Virus record (IMG/VR): IMGVR_UViG_3300027759_000046
Coordinates: 1 to 64,000 of that record
Length of the DNA: 64,000 nt
Strand: one strand, 5' to 3'
Made by a program: the position numbers and the translations under genes. The notes under the pieces were generated by a model, which did no database searches, had not been told where the DNA came from, and worked only from the letters and a program-made list of their open reading frames with translations. This document shows positions 8,601 through 18,371 of the stretch, one piece after another (the stretch's first letter is position 1; each line of letters begins with the position of its first letter).

Positions 8601-11600
8601 TAAATGTATTTAATTTTTAATTTTGGAACCAAGCTTACTCCTGTACTTGACTTTTTGTAAATAGATCCGGACAAGATGGCTGATTTAGGGTTATTTATTT
8701 TAACCTCCTTTATTAACGAGTAATCTAGGTCATCCAGTTGCGAATATGGAACTTGCGCAATACTTAGTGAGTTATCGACAAGTGTATGGTCAGGTTTTTC
8801 ATAGAAGTCAATGACCTCTAATTCATAGAGTTTTACTAGGTTTGCTTTACAGTAAGCCGTTAAGTATTGATCAAGAGTTAATTCGCCAATTAGGGCAAGG
8901 TCGGTCACTAGCGGATTGCCAAGACCGTCAACAAAGAACTTTTCAAATTCAGCACGAAGGCCTGCTTCAATTAAGGTCTTTGCAATAATATTTGCTAAGT
9001 TTATTTTTAACTTAATCTCAGTCTTATACACAGAATACGCAATGTCAATGATTGATCCGTTTGCTTCGAGTTTTGCAAAGGCTGAATCAGTTATCTCAAA
9101 TTGAGAGTTTGTTAGCTGCTGAGTGTTAAATGACTCTGCTGTAAATTCAGTCGGTACATTTAGTAATTTTGAAGCAAATGAATAATCCTCGGTTACTCTA
9201 TTTGTACCAGCTATTTTAACCCGTTGAGATTTAGTTAAGTACTTATAATGATAGCCGAAATCCCAACTACTTGATAAACAATTATATGGCGCTGTGTCAA
9301 CTGGCGATTCGCCAATTAATGGATATTCTGCCTTGTATTTAGTCGATGATTCTAGGTCTAGAATTTGAGTGTCAGAGTATTTAACAAATGAAAACTCTGG
9401 CATAATAAAGAAGTCCTTAATGCTTGGATTTAGCAAGCAATTTGAACCAGTTAGATCAAAATTTCCTAACTGAGAAGTGTACTTGAATCCAGCAATTGGT
9501 CGATATAACACATCATACTCTCCAGAATATCTAAATACTTCGTATTTTTGACTTTTTGATTCAATATGAGTAAATCCGCCAACTACTGCGGTTGAAGCAG
9601 TTTCAATTTGTTCAGGGACCGCTGTAACAATGGTACTCTTCTCAATACGATCAGCCGTTTCAACGGAAAGTTTAATTTTTTGACCTGGAATAAGAGCTCC
9701 ATTTTGATAGGTTTCAAACTTAACTAGCGATGAATTGTTATCTAATAACGATATGAAATTTGCAAAAGAAATATTTTCAAATAGGTTTGTAAAATAGCTC
9801 TTTCCGCCAAACAATTGGAATTGTTGGCTTAAATTTAACCAATCGCTAGTTGATCCGCCTGGAAAAGCAGAGGCAGAGAGGCTAAGGGTTGGACCGGCAG
9901 CCGATGCTTCTAATTTAGGTCTTAGGATAAGAGTATCACGCTTACAGCTAATTAGCCAATCATTTGAATTGGATCCTGCACCGGTTTGATATCTAACTAA
10001 GAATGTTATTAGTAAGTTAGAGCCGGTTGCTGACAACTGAATTGCAGTTATTTGCGCTCTTAGGTATTGAGCTGAATTTGCGCTATCTTCAATTTTTACA
10101 ACGTCTCCAACTTTTAATTTAGTAGAGTCTATGCCAACTAGGGTTGCTGTGATATATTGACCAACGTAATTCGTTGATAAATTTATTCCTGGGAAGGCTG
10201 TTGTTGTAGTGGTAGTTGTACCGGAACTCGTTGTTGTAGTAGTTGTTCCTGAAATAGTTGTAGTAGTCGTTGTCGGTAAATACGCTGGATCAAGGATTAT
10301 GAAATCTGAGAATTCATAAATAATTTCTGGCGTTTCAAATATTAATAAATTCTCCTGTACCGATTTTAATAAATGAGTCGTTACCGTTGGATTAGATAAA
10401 TCATGTCTTAGCGTAGCAAGCGACGTATTTCCAGAAAAGTCAGCACTAGTTTTTAGTGGGATTGAGGCAATTCCGGTTTGGTTAATGAATAGTAATGGCG
10501 AAAATGCAGGCAATGGGCTTTCTGCGCCAATGCTAGGATTTATCAAAGTATCAAATGATGCACTAATTGGATTAATAAAATCTTCTAGTACAAATGCGTT
10601 AGTTGGAATTTGTGAAAGATTTTGAGAAACAGTTGACACCTGTTCAGGAGTTACGTATACTGAGCTTCCGCTAATATCAACACCAGCCGCAAGTTTTACA
10701 GTTGAAAATGCAGATTTGGTTGAATTATATTTTTTATCTTTGACTGAGTATATGAAATTATAGGTTAGATTACTTACGCCTGCTGGATTAAATGATATTC
10801 TATAATCTCCAAACGCTCCAAGGAAACTTGGCTTTGCTCCAACCACGCTAAATTTACTTAACGTTGTTAATGGGATTGGCGTTAATTGGGATGGATCGGT
10901 GCTATTATCAAATATTCTAATTAGGTCTGAGCCAGTTGATCCTAGTATAACGTGAACTGGGTTTGAGAATGTTAAATATTGGGATGGGTTCTCACTGTTA
11001 TATGAGCCGCTTAATAATTCTTGGTTTGTTGCGTTTACAAATAATTCGCTATTACTAAATGCTAAAATAAATTCTTCGCCGCTAGTCGGTTCAATAACTA
11101 ATATTACTGGATAATTATCAGCATCGTATTCGGTGCCGCCAATTAGCAAATTGACTGGTTGTGTTGACACTGGGTCAATTGCGGTTCCAGGTGTTGAACT
11201 GCCAATTGCTATTCCAGCTAAGCCTGAAACATTTGGGTATATTCCGTTCTTTAGCGAATTAAATTCGGTGCTTGAAGCTGCTGTGTAAATTGCAGATACA
11301 GTAAATTCGGTTGGCGCTAGATTATAAATTATCTTTGAGTTTAAAAATAATTTAGTTTGATCAAGCCTAAGGTCTTCAAATTCTTGACCTGCACTAATCA
11401 TCTCTGGAGAAGACTCGGCTAATAGCGCTGGATTTATTCTGGAAATATCACTAAGAGCTATCTCAATTAAAATTAGAATTGACTTTGCATCCATGTTTTC
11501 AATTACTCTAAATAAAACAGGGGATTGGGGTTTTTCTAGATCTTCTTTTACTGGTTTTAATAGAATACTGAAATTATAGTCTTCAAATCTATTCGTAACT

Positions 11601-14600
11601 GGTAAAATATCGCCATTGTCTTTTAATTCTGAAAATATGAATTTTGCACCGTTAAAAACAGTGTTATATTGATTTGTAAATTCGTCTTTAACGGTTTTAG
11701 AATATCTAAATTGAGGATGATCTAGCTCTACTCCGTTTATTGTTGGAATGTACGTAAAATACTTTTCAAAATAATCTGCCTCAGTAATTAACAAGTCAAC
11801 ATTGATTGGTGAATTGAAATAGTAGTAATTTTTTCTCAATAAAGTTTCATCTAACGAATAGTTAAAATCGGATTCAATATAGAACCATTCGTGTGTTAGT
11901 TTCTCAGCAGTTGGAGTATTTTCCCTATGCGATGGTCCAAAATTATCTTTACCGAATGCAATATCTGAATTTAATCGATATACATTACCCCTAGCGTCAG
12001 TTGAGTTAACAATTCCCCATTTTGAGATGTATGGAATAACTCTACCATCTATTGCAAAGGTCTTTGAAAAATTTTCCAAGTATATGTTATATTCACTTGC
12101 TAAATTATTGGTTTTAAATTTATCTCTATACTGGTAAGTAGGCAGAGCTGGATCAGGTGCACTATGGTCTGCTCCTAATGAAAAGAATCCTGTAAAGTTT
12201 TGAAGATTTTCATCCTCGTCGTATATTCCAATATCGGTTCGAATCGTACTTGCTGAATACGGTTTAATATTGGATTGAACTAGGGTAACATCTCCAGATA
12301 ATACTGAGTATGAGTGTAAACCTTCTCGGTCTTGCCAAACAGTATCGATTGATTCGCTATCATAAACAATTTCGTTAACTTGAATACTACCGATTCCAAT
12401 TAATGAATATTTGTATTTAGTAAAGTCTAGAATTTTAACATTTGCTGGCACCCAATAGTATTGGTATAGATCTACTTCTGGTATTTTTGAATATTCTGAG
12501 CTAAATACATTGAAATCGATGTCCCGGATTTCAAACAAAGACAGAACTCCAATTTTTGGTTTAAATAGTTTTCGAATTTCAATTTTATCGTATTGAACGA
12601 TTATTGGCTCGTCATCTTCTAGCATTAGGGTTGCATTTGAATTAAATGCTGAAATTGAGGCTTGCGATAATTCGCTGGTTTCGTTATTTAAACCTGCAGT
12701 TGATCTACATACTCTAAGAATTTTAGACCAATCTTTTTGAGTTTTTACAACAAGATCATCTAATAATGGAGTAAGTCTTTCAATGTTACCAATTGGTATG
12801 ATTGCTTGTTGCGATTCTAAAAATCCGCCGTCCGCATAAACAACTAAATTGGTTACACTCGCGTTTAATTTAATAGCTGAACTGCTTTGCAAGGTCTTAG
12901 CTGCAAGCATTCCATACTTATTTCCGTATGCTCGAGTTTGAATAATTGCGGTGTTTTTAAAAGAAGCACCTATCAAAAAACTATCAACGAGTTTTTCAAT
13001 TATTTTAACTACTGTTTGGGCTAATTTCGTAGTATCGGTACTTGCAACTGCATTAATTGTTGCATTCTCAATATTCACGTAAATTCTAGAACCTATTGTC
13101 TTAACCACATACTGTGAACCGTTCCAAATCCAGTTTATACCAGTTTGTGAAGATGTGTATTGTGTGCCAATAACTCCAGGTAGATTAGGAGTAAATATTG
13201 CAGCTGGGTCGTTTGGATCAGCTGTATCAAAATTTACAACTGAGAAAGTTGGGTAATTCAGAGAATATTCTTCTCCAGTTAAAAAGTATCCACTAACGAA
13301 TACAATATCATCGTATCTTCCGTTACTATCGGTTTTGTCAAAGGTTGAGCCGTTTTGATGATATACTCGCAGCGTATCTAAATTAGATGGAGCGGACTCA
13401 ATTGTAACTGATAATGAAGTTCGAGTATTTGCAGAGTATGCCTTTGCTCTTTCTTGTGAAAATAATTCGTCTGGTCCAAAGGTTAGGCCTAGATCGAACT
13501 CTGAATCGTCAATCGCAAAGGTTGCATTAGATCCAATTTGAGAAAATGTGGTTGCATTTGTGCTGTACTCGGTTTTTAGAAAGTGTAGATCATTGTTCTT
13601 TGTTTTTAAATATGGAAAGAATAATGACTCCTCAGTATCTAGCGCTGAATTAATAAAAGATAAGTCTTCTGTTAAATTTTCAGCACGTAAAACTACGCCG
13701 TTTGGATTTGAAATAGTTAAATTAATTTCGTCTGATGCCTTAAATTTATTCGGTAATGGATTATCATTATCCTCGTTTTCGTACATTTGATTTAGGTCAA
13801 TATCAAATGATGCAAGGTCTATTGAGTTACAGTAGAAACCAAAATATCGATTAAATTCGTATGGGTTTGAAGTATCATCATTGAATAAAAATTCCAGATT
13901 TAAAATCTTTGGATAGATTACATTATTTCTCTCAAATCCGCCGGTAATATATTTCTCAAGAGTTAGTTGAGGAACTGATTTAGTTAGAGTCGATGAAATT
14001 ATTTCTGGAATTTCAACGTATGTGCCTGAATTAATTGAAGCACCACGGTATAGAGAATATTTGTCTTTCTTAACATTAACGTACAACGGATTCTCCGGAT
14101 ACATTGGATTTGCAAAAATACGACGAACGTAGGTTCCAATATTAGAAGATTCGGTTAATGGGATTGCCTTTACTATTGTTGAATTTCTAAATAGATCTCT
14201 AGCAAAAGTTTTTTGGTCAACTGAGCCGTTGTGCTGATACCAGTCGGCTGCTGTATAGTTAGATGCCCCAGCTGCTTTAAAAATAACAAAATACTCCGGT
14301 AAAACTTTGTCTAGATATAACGGTGCAAGGTAACTAAATTTTTCAGAATAATTCTTGGAAGTTAGGTATTTTGCGCCGCTTGTGTATAGGTCAAAGTCGT
14401 ATTGATCCTTAAGATCTTTTGCAATAACATCAGTTCGAATAGATGAGCCTACTGCATAAGATATTTTGCTAGGAGTTGCCCCCATATCATAGAACCTAAA
14501 AATATTAACCTCATGATTTGATTCTGGATTAACTGCAAATTTTTTGTATTTCTGTTGAGCAAGTTGCTCGTTTGCATTAATTGAATTAAACCACAGATCT

Positions 14601-14716
14601 CCACTTGAGTCAACTGTCAATTTAAGATTTGAAGTTAACTTAGGATTTGTTCTAAGCAGCCCGAAACTTACATTCCTATCGGCTAATTTAGTATATGTTA
14701 GATTTTGACTAGGCAA
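8600..14716 (-). CDS. Very large virion structural protein (2038 aa; baseplate/tail-associated)
   Basis: Uninterrupted ORF in the late structural operon, translationally coupled at 8600, with a Thr-rich linker near 10200-10273. Function inferred from context. Confidence 0.7.
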   Translation of the reverse strand: MPSQNLTYTKLADRNVSFGLLRTNPKLTSNLKLTVDSSGDLWFNSINANEQLAQQKYKKFAVNPESNHEVNIFRFYDMGATPSKISYAVGSSIRTDVIAKDLKDQYDFDLYTSGAKYLTSKNYSEKFSYLAPLYLDKVLPEYFVIFKAAGASNYTAADWYQHNGSVDQKTFARDLFRNSTIVKAIPLTESSNIGTYVRRIFANPMYPENPLYVNVKKDKYSLYRGASINSGTYVEIPEIISSTLTKSVPQLTLEKYITGGFERNNVIYPKILNLEFLFNDDTSNPYEFNRYFGFYCNSIDLASFDIDLNQMYENEDNDNPLPNKFKASDEINLTISNPNGVVLRAENLTEDLSFINSALDTEESLFFPYLKTKNNDLHFLKTEYSTNATTFSQIGSNATFAIDDSEFDLGLTFGPDELFSQERAKAYSANTRTSLSVTIESAPSNLDTLRVYHQNGSTFDKTDSNGRYDDIVFVSGYFLTGEEYSLNYPTFSVVNFDTADPNDPAAIFTPNLPGVIGTQYTSSQTGINWIWNGSQYVVKTIGSRIYVNIENATINAVASTDTTKLAQTVVKIIEKLVDSFLIGASFKNTAIIQTRAYGNKYGMLAAKTLQSSSAIKLNASVTNLVVYADGGFLESQQAIIPIGNIERLTPLLDDLVVKTQKDWSKILRVCRSTAGLNNETSELSQASISAFNSNATLMLEDDEPIIVQYDKIEIRKLFKPKIGVLSLFEIRDIDFNVFSSEYSKIPEVDLYQYYWVPANVKILDFTKYKYSLIGIGSIQVNEIVYDSESIDTVWQDREGLHSYSVLSGDVTLVQSNIKPYSASTIRTDIGIYDEDENLQNFTGFFSLGADHSAPDPALPTYQYRDKFKTNNLASEYNIYLENFSKTFAIDGRVIPYISKWGIVNSTDARGNVYRLNSDIAFGKDNFGPSHRENTPTAEKLTHEWFYIESDFNYSLDETLLRKNYYYFNSPINVDLLITEADYFEKYFTYIPTINGVELDHPQFRYSKTVKDEFTNQYNTVFNGAKFIFSELKDNGDILPVTNRFEDYNFSILLKPVKEDLEKPQSPVLFRVIENMDAKSILILIEIALSDISRINPALLAESSPEMISAGQEFEDLRLDQTKLFLNSKIIYNLAPTEFTVSAIYTAASSTEFNSLKNGIYPNVSGLAGIAIGSSTPGTAIDPVSTQPVNLLIGGTEYDADNYPVILVIEPTSGEEFILAFSNSELFVNATNQELLSGSYNSENPSQYLTFSNPVHVILGSTGSDLIRIFDNSTDPSQLTPIPLTTLSKFSVVGAKPSFLGAFGDYRISFNPAGVSNLTYNFIYSVKDKKYNSTKSAFSTVKLAAGVDISGSSVYVTPEQVSTVSQNLSQIPTNAFVLEDFINPISASFDTLINPSIGAESPLPAFSPLLFINQTGIASIPLKTSADFSGNTSLATLRHDLSNPTVTTHLLKSVQENLLIFETPEIIYEFSDFIILDPAYLPTTTTTTISGTTTTTTSSGTTTTTTTAFPGINLSTNYVGQYITATLVGIDSTKLKVGDVVKIEDSANSAQYLRAQITAIQLSATGSNLLITFLVRYQTGAGSNSNDWLISCKRDTLILRPKLEASAAGPTLSLSASAFPGGSTSDWLNLSQQFQLFGGKSYFTNLFENISFANFISLLDNNSSLVKFETYQNGALIPGQKIKLSVETADRIEKSTIVTAVPEQIETASTAVVGGFTHIESKSQKYEVFRYSGEYDVLYRPIAGFKYTSQLGNFDLTGSNCLLNPSIKDFFIMPEFSFVKYSDTQILDLESSTKYKAEYPLIGESPVDTAPYNCLSSSWDFGYHYKYLTKSQRVKIAGTNRVTEDYSFASKLLNVPTEFTAESFNTQQLTNSQFEITDSAFAKLEANGSIIDIAYSVYKTEIKLKINLANIIAKTLIEAGLRAEFEKFFVDGLGNPLVTDLALIGELTLDQYLTAYCKANLVKLYELEVIDFYEKPDHTLVDNSLSIAQVPYSQLDDLDYSLIKEVKINNPKSAILSGSIYKKSSTGVSLVPKLKIKYI

Positions 14717-14731
14717 ATCTTATTTGTTATT

Positions 14732-17700
14732 TTATGCGTTTAGAGCAGCAGATGAAACTGTTGCGGTCTGCGCAATTGCAGTTGCTGGTGTAATTACAGC
14801 TGTTTCTTTTTCAAATTGTGCACTAACTAGGACGTCAAACGAGAACACTTCAGTTGATAAGTTAATATCAAATCCTATTTTCTTTGAGTATTTTACATTT
14901 CGTAAACCGGTTGTAGCATTTCCTCGATATCCTCCAACGTATTTTAAATAGTCGGCGCAGCGATATTGGAAAGTTAAAGGTATTTTAATTGAAGATTCAG
15001 TTCCGTAATTAACTGCACGTTTAGCAGCCGTTGGACTAAATGAAGTTGATCCAATACTATCGTATGAAGCTGGTGCAATGTATAAGTAGGCGCCGCACGT
15101 ATATTTTCCAATTAAGTACTTATCATTTTCGGAGAAGCCTAATTTAATTGGATAATTTTGCTCTCGCATGGCTGATGATGTTGTAACTAGAGCGCTTGGC
15201 GAAGTTGGTGTATTGTATGCAGCTTGTTGTGTATACTTTGCACCAAATGGGTTAGTTGCCTCAGCTGCAGAGATTTCGCAGTGGATTGCTTGACTAAACG
15301 GTAGGGTTATTTGCTTGGTCGCGCCAGTTGTATAAACTGGACGGTATACGCTTCCCCATGCTGCATTATATTTACCACCAGCTTTAATGTCTGGATGATC
15401 AATTGATATACAGAATTCAGATAGAAGACCATTACCTTTAGGAGCAGAGTTTGCGTCAATTTGACCGTTCCATACTGTTGCATTTGGAGAGAAAGAGATA
15501 GACACTCCGTTAATTAATATACTTAAACCGCCGACTGTTGGATTATATGGAACATAATGACCAGCTACATACGGCATGGTTGTGTTGCCAATTACAGCTC
15601 CTTGATAATTGTAGTTTCCGCTGCTTAGAGTTAAATCGTATGAAATATTTTCCGGATCAAGGCCGGTGATTTGTCTACGATCACCTTCTACTAGTTTCTC
15701 AGCTAAATTTACTGATTTAGTTCTGCGATATACGATTTGGCCCTGTACTTGAGATGATTGGTAACCGTCAGTTTGTCTAACGTCACCAATTAAACCAGCG
15801 CTAACGTCGGCTATTCCAATTGGAGCAGCATCGTAGCGTAAACTTGTGTGATACACCTCAGTTGGAGAAACTGCCGGGTTTGAAACTGGCGCTTTTTGGC
15901 CAAGACCACCAGTTAAGGCAGAGATGATTTGTAAAGGAGTTTGTGAAGTGTTTTCAACTTGAATGTAGTATTGATTTGTAATTACTTTACCCCAATCGTA
16001 TGAAACACTTGATCCAGAACTATTTTTAATTTGATCTTTATAATAACCTGCAAAGATTTGTACAGTTTGACCGTTTGAGACAGACACTTGATTACCGGTT
16101 TGATCAATGATACTAACTTTTAATTGGCCAGTACCGCTGGCTATTGAAGTTTGAACCGCGGTTAGTGAATCTGAGATTGTTTTAAGCTTTGTGAATAGGT
16201 CTACAATACTGCCGTCTGATGAAAAGAAGCCACTAGCCACATCTTCTGCTCTATGGGCAAAGTACTTATCACGGCTGGTGAATGATGTGCCTAGGTGAAT
16301 ATCTAACCCCTTAGAGTTAAGTTCATCTTGGAAATTTATCTTTGCTTCTTCAGCAAAGGCTTGTTGAGAAACAACTGAAATATCTTCAATTGTTTGAATA
16401 TTTGCTGGAAATTCAATTAAGATTAGGTTAGACCAGTCAGATTCAGCTGGCGTATCAGGCCAACCTGCTTCAGATAAACTCTTTACTCTGATCTCGAGAA
16501 CTTCACCTTTATTAATAGGTAGTTCAAGTTGATTTGAGTTAACTTCGTTTGGATCTGCGATCTTCTCCTCCTGCCATTCGTAAAAACCGGTAAGAGCATT
16601 GTACTTCTTAACTCTAGGTTTTGTGATAATTTCTTTCCATGGAGAGAATGACCCGGTTATCTTATTTCCTTTGGCATCAGTGAATGTGATTTGCTCAGCA
16701 GGCTCGCTTGTTCCAGTTTTACTTAGAACACGATATGCAATTTTAAATTGAACAACTTCTTGTAAACCATGAGCAGCTTCCTTTGGTTCAGGAACTGCCC
16801 AGAAACCTTTAACTTTGTAAGTTGGGACTTTAATTAATTGAGGCGTTGCTTTAACGGCAGTTGTCACTGAGCTAATTTTACTCGCATGTTGGCTACTTAA
16901 TGTTTTACGGTCATCTGCTAATCCGGATAAATCCTTAGTTAATCTTAGCGCTTGAGCTTCGCTTAGAGCGGAGTTTGTATTTAACTCTGCACGCTTTTCG
17001 CTAATTTGCTTGTCAACTTCTCGTATTTGAGACTTTACTGCTTCAATTGAAGAAATATTTTGCTTAATCTCTTTAATGTCATTGTCTGCTTGAATATGTA
17101 GGTCAGTTTGAACAACTTTAAAGTTTGCAGTATCTAGAGAAACTGCATTTGGAGTTTCACCAAGAGAAGAAGGTAATTTCTTTTCTTTTGCGTAATTTAA
17201 AAATAATAAGCCAAAATCAGATACAAACTTTTTATAGAAATTTGCAAGCGTCATTGATGTACCATTGTTCATGGTAATCGTTAATTCATTAGAGAATATG
17301 CCAATTCCTTGAGAGTACTTATCCGTTGTTACTTTTAATCTAGTGCTTGAAGGTTTAAGGAATAATACTTGGCGTTCGTTGTAGCCTAAATTAATTGGAA
17401 GGCTAGTAGATGGAGTGAGTTCTGGTTTTACTCTTAGAATATTTGCACCTTTCTTAAGTTCACCAATTCCGAATGTTCTAGTTACAGTAATGCTGCGTTG
17501 ATTTACGTCGATGTTTGTTACTTGATATTCAGAGTTATCAGAAGTTAACAAATAATCTCCAGCTTTTAGAGTTTTTTGAACTACGCCGTTTGGCGAAGCT
17601 GAAGATTTTTCAGTATACAATACTGAACTAAGAATGTATTTTGTAACATTAGTTACAACGGCAACTCCTGCAACAACCTTTGATTCAGAGTCACTTAATA

Positions 17701-18367
17701 TGTTAGTAATATCAAATGAACCGTATTTTGTGTTTTGCGCTGGCGGTAATGATACTTCATTTGTATCTTCAAAATAAGAAATGTCACGGGTTCCTAAATC
17801 TTTGATTAGATCTGCATATACGATTGCATTTTTACCTTTATAAGTTGAATCAAAATATGTTATGTCTGCTGCAACTTGTGAGGTCATGATTACTCGTAAA
17901 ACCTCAAATTTATCAATATCTGAAGTTACGATTGAATCGACTGGCAATTCAATATAGATTAGCGGATTTAAGAATGATTCAAAAAACCAGTTTGTCTTGT
18001 AATTAAAAGCAACTGGAGATTCAATTGTTTTTGAAGCAACTGCATCTAGGTCTGAAATTACTGCAGATAAATCCTGTAACTCAAATGTTTTAAGCTGACC
18101 GGCTGCGTCTTTTACACCGATTCTATTTTCATTACCTGAAAGTAATGAGTTAAATTTTGTATCTAACGCGTTTACTTTATTGCTTAAATACGCAAATGAT
18201 GGAACATTAAAAGTCTTAGAAGTTCCATCTTGTAAAGTTTGGTTAATAGCGACTGTGTCCGAATTTGTGGTTAACATTTGCGAGAGCTTATTTAAAAACT
18301 CTTGCATATTATTTACGTCAACACCAAGTTCGGCTAGGTAATCGGCTAATGTAGTTTTGTCGGCCAT
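14732..18367 (-). CDS. Large virion structural protein with a central coiled coil (1211 aa)
   Basis: Long ORF with a heptad segment (IKEIKQNISSIEAVKSQIREVDKQISEK) and a fibronectin-III-like stretch (EIRVKSLSEAGWPDTPAESDWS). Confidence 0.7.
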   Translation of the reverse strand: MADKTTLADYLAELGVDVNNMQEFLNKLSQMLTTNSDTVAINQTLQDGTSKTFNVPSFAYLSNKVNALDTKFNSLLSGNENRIGVKDAAGQLKTFELQDLSAVISDLDAVASKTIESPVAFNYKTNWFFESFLNPLIYIELPVDSIVTSDIDKFEVLRVIMTSQVAADITYFDSTYKGKNAIVYADLIKDLGTRDISYFEDTNEVSLPPAQNTKYGSFDITNILSDSESKVVAGVAVVTNVTKYILSSVLYTEKSSASPNGVVQKTLKAGDYLLTSDNSEYQVTNIDVNQRSITVTRTFGIGELKKGANILRVKPELTPSTSLPINLGYNERQVLFLKPSSTRLKVTTDKYSQGIGIFSNELTITMNNGTSMTLANFYKKFVSDFGLLFLNYAKEKKLPSSLGETPNAVSLDTANFKVVQTDLHIQADNDIKEIKQNISSIEAVKSQIREVDKQISEKRAELNTNSALSEAQALRLTKDLSGLADDRKTLSSQHASKISSVTTAVKATPQLIKVPTYKVKGFWAVPEPKEAAHGLQEVVQFKIAYRVLSKTGTSEPAEQITFTDAKGNKITGSFSPWKEIITKPRVKKYNALTGFYEWQEEKIADPNEVNSNQLELPINKGEVLEIRVKSLSEAGWPDTPAESDWSNLILIEFPANIQTIEDISVVSQQAFAEEAKINFQDELNSKGLDIHLGTSFTSRDKYFAHRAEDVASGFFSSDGSIVDLFTKLKTISDSLTAVQTSIASGTGQLKVSIIDQTGNQVSVSNGQTVQIFAGYYKDQIKNSSGSSVSYDWGKVITNQYYIQVENTSQTPLQIISALTGGLGQKAPVSNPAVSPTEVYHTSLRYDAAPIGIADVSAGLIGDVRQTDGYQSSQVQGQIVYRRTKSVNLAEKLVEGDRRQITGLDPENISYDLTLSSGNYNYQGAVIGNTTMPYVAGHYVPYNPTVGGLSILINGVSISFSPNATVWNGQIDANSAPKGNGLLSEFCISIDHPDIKAGGKYNAAWGSVYRPVYTTGATKQITLPFSQAIHCEISAAEATNPFGAKYTQQAAYNTPTSPSALVTTSSAMREQNYPIKLGFSENDKYLIGKYTCGAYLYIAPASYDSIGSTSFSPTAAKRAVNYGTESSIKIPLTFQYRCADYLKYVGGYRGNATTGLRNVKYSKKIGFDINLSTEVFSFDVLVSAQFEKETAVITPATAIAQTATVSSAALNA

Positions 18368-18371
18368 TTAG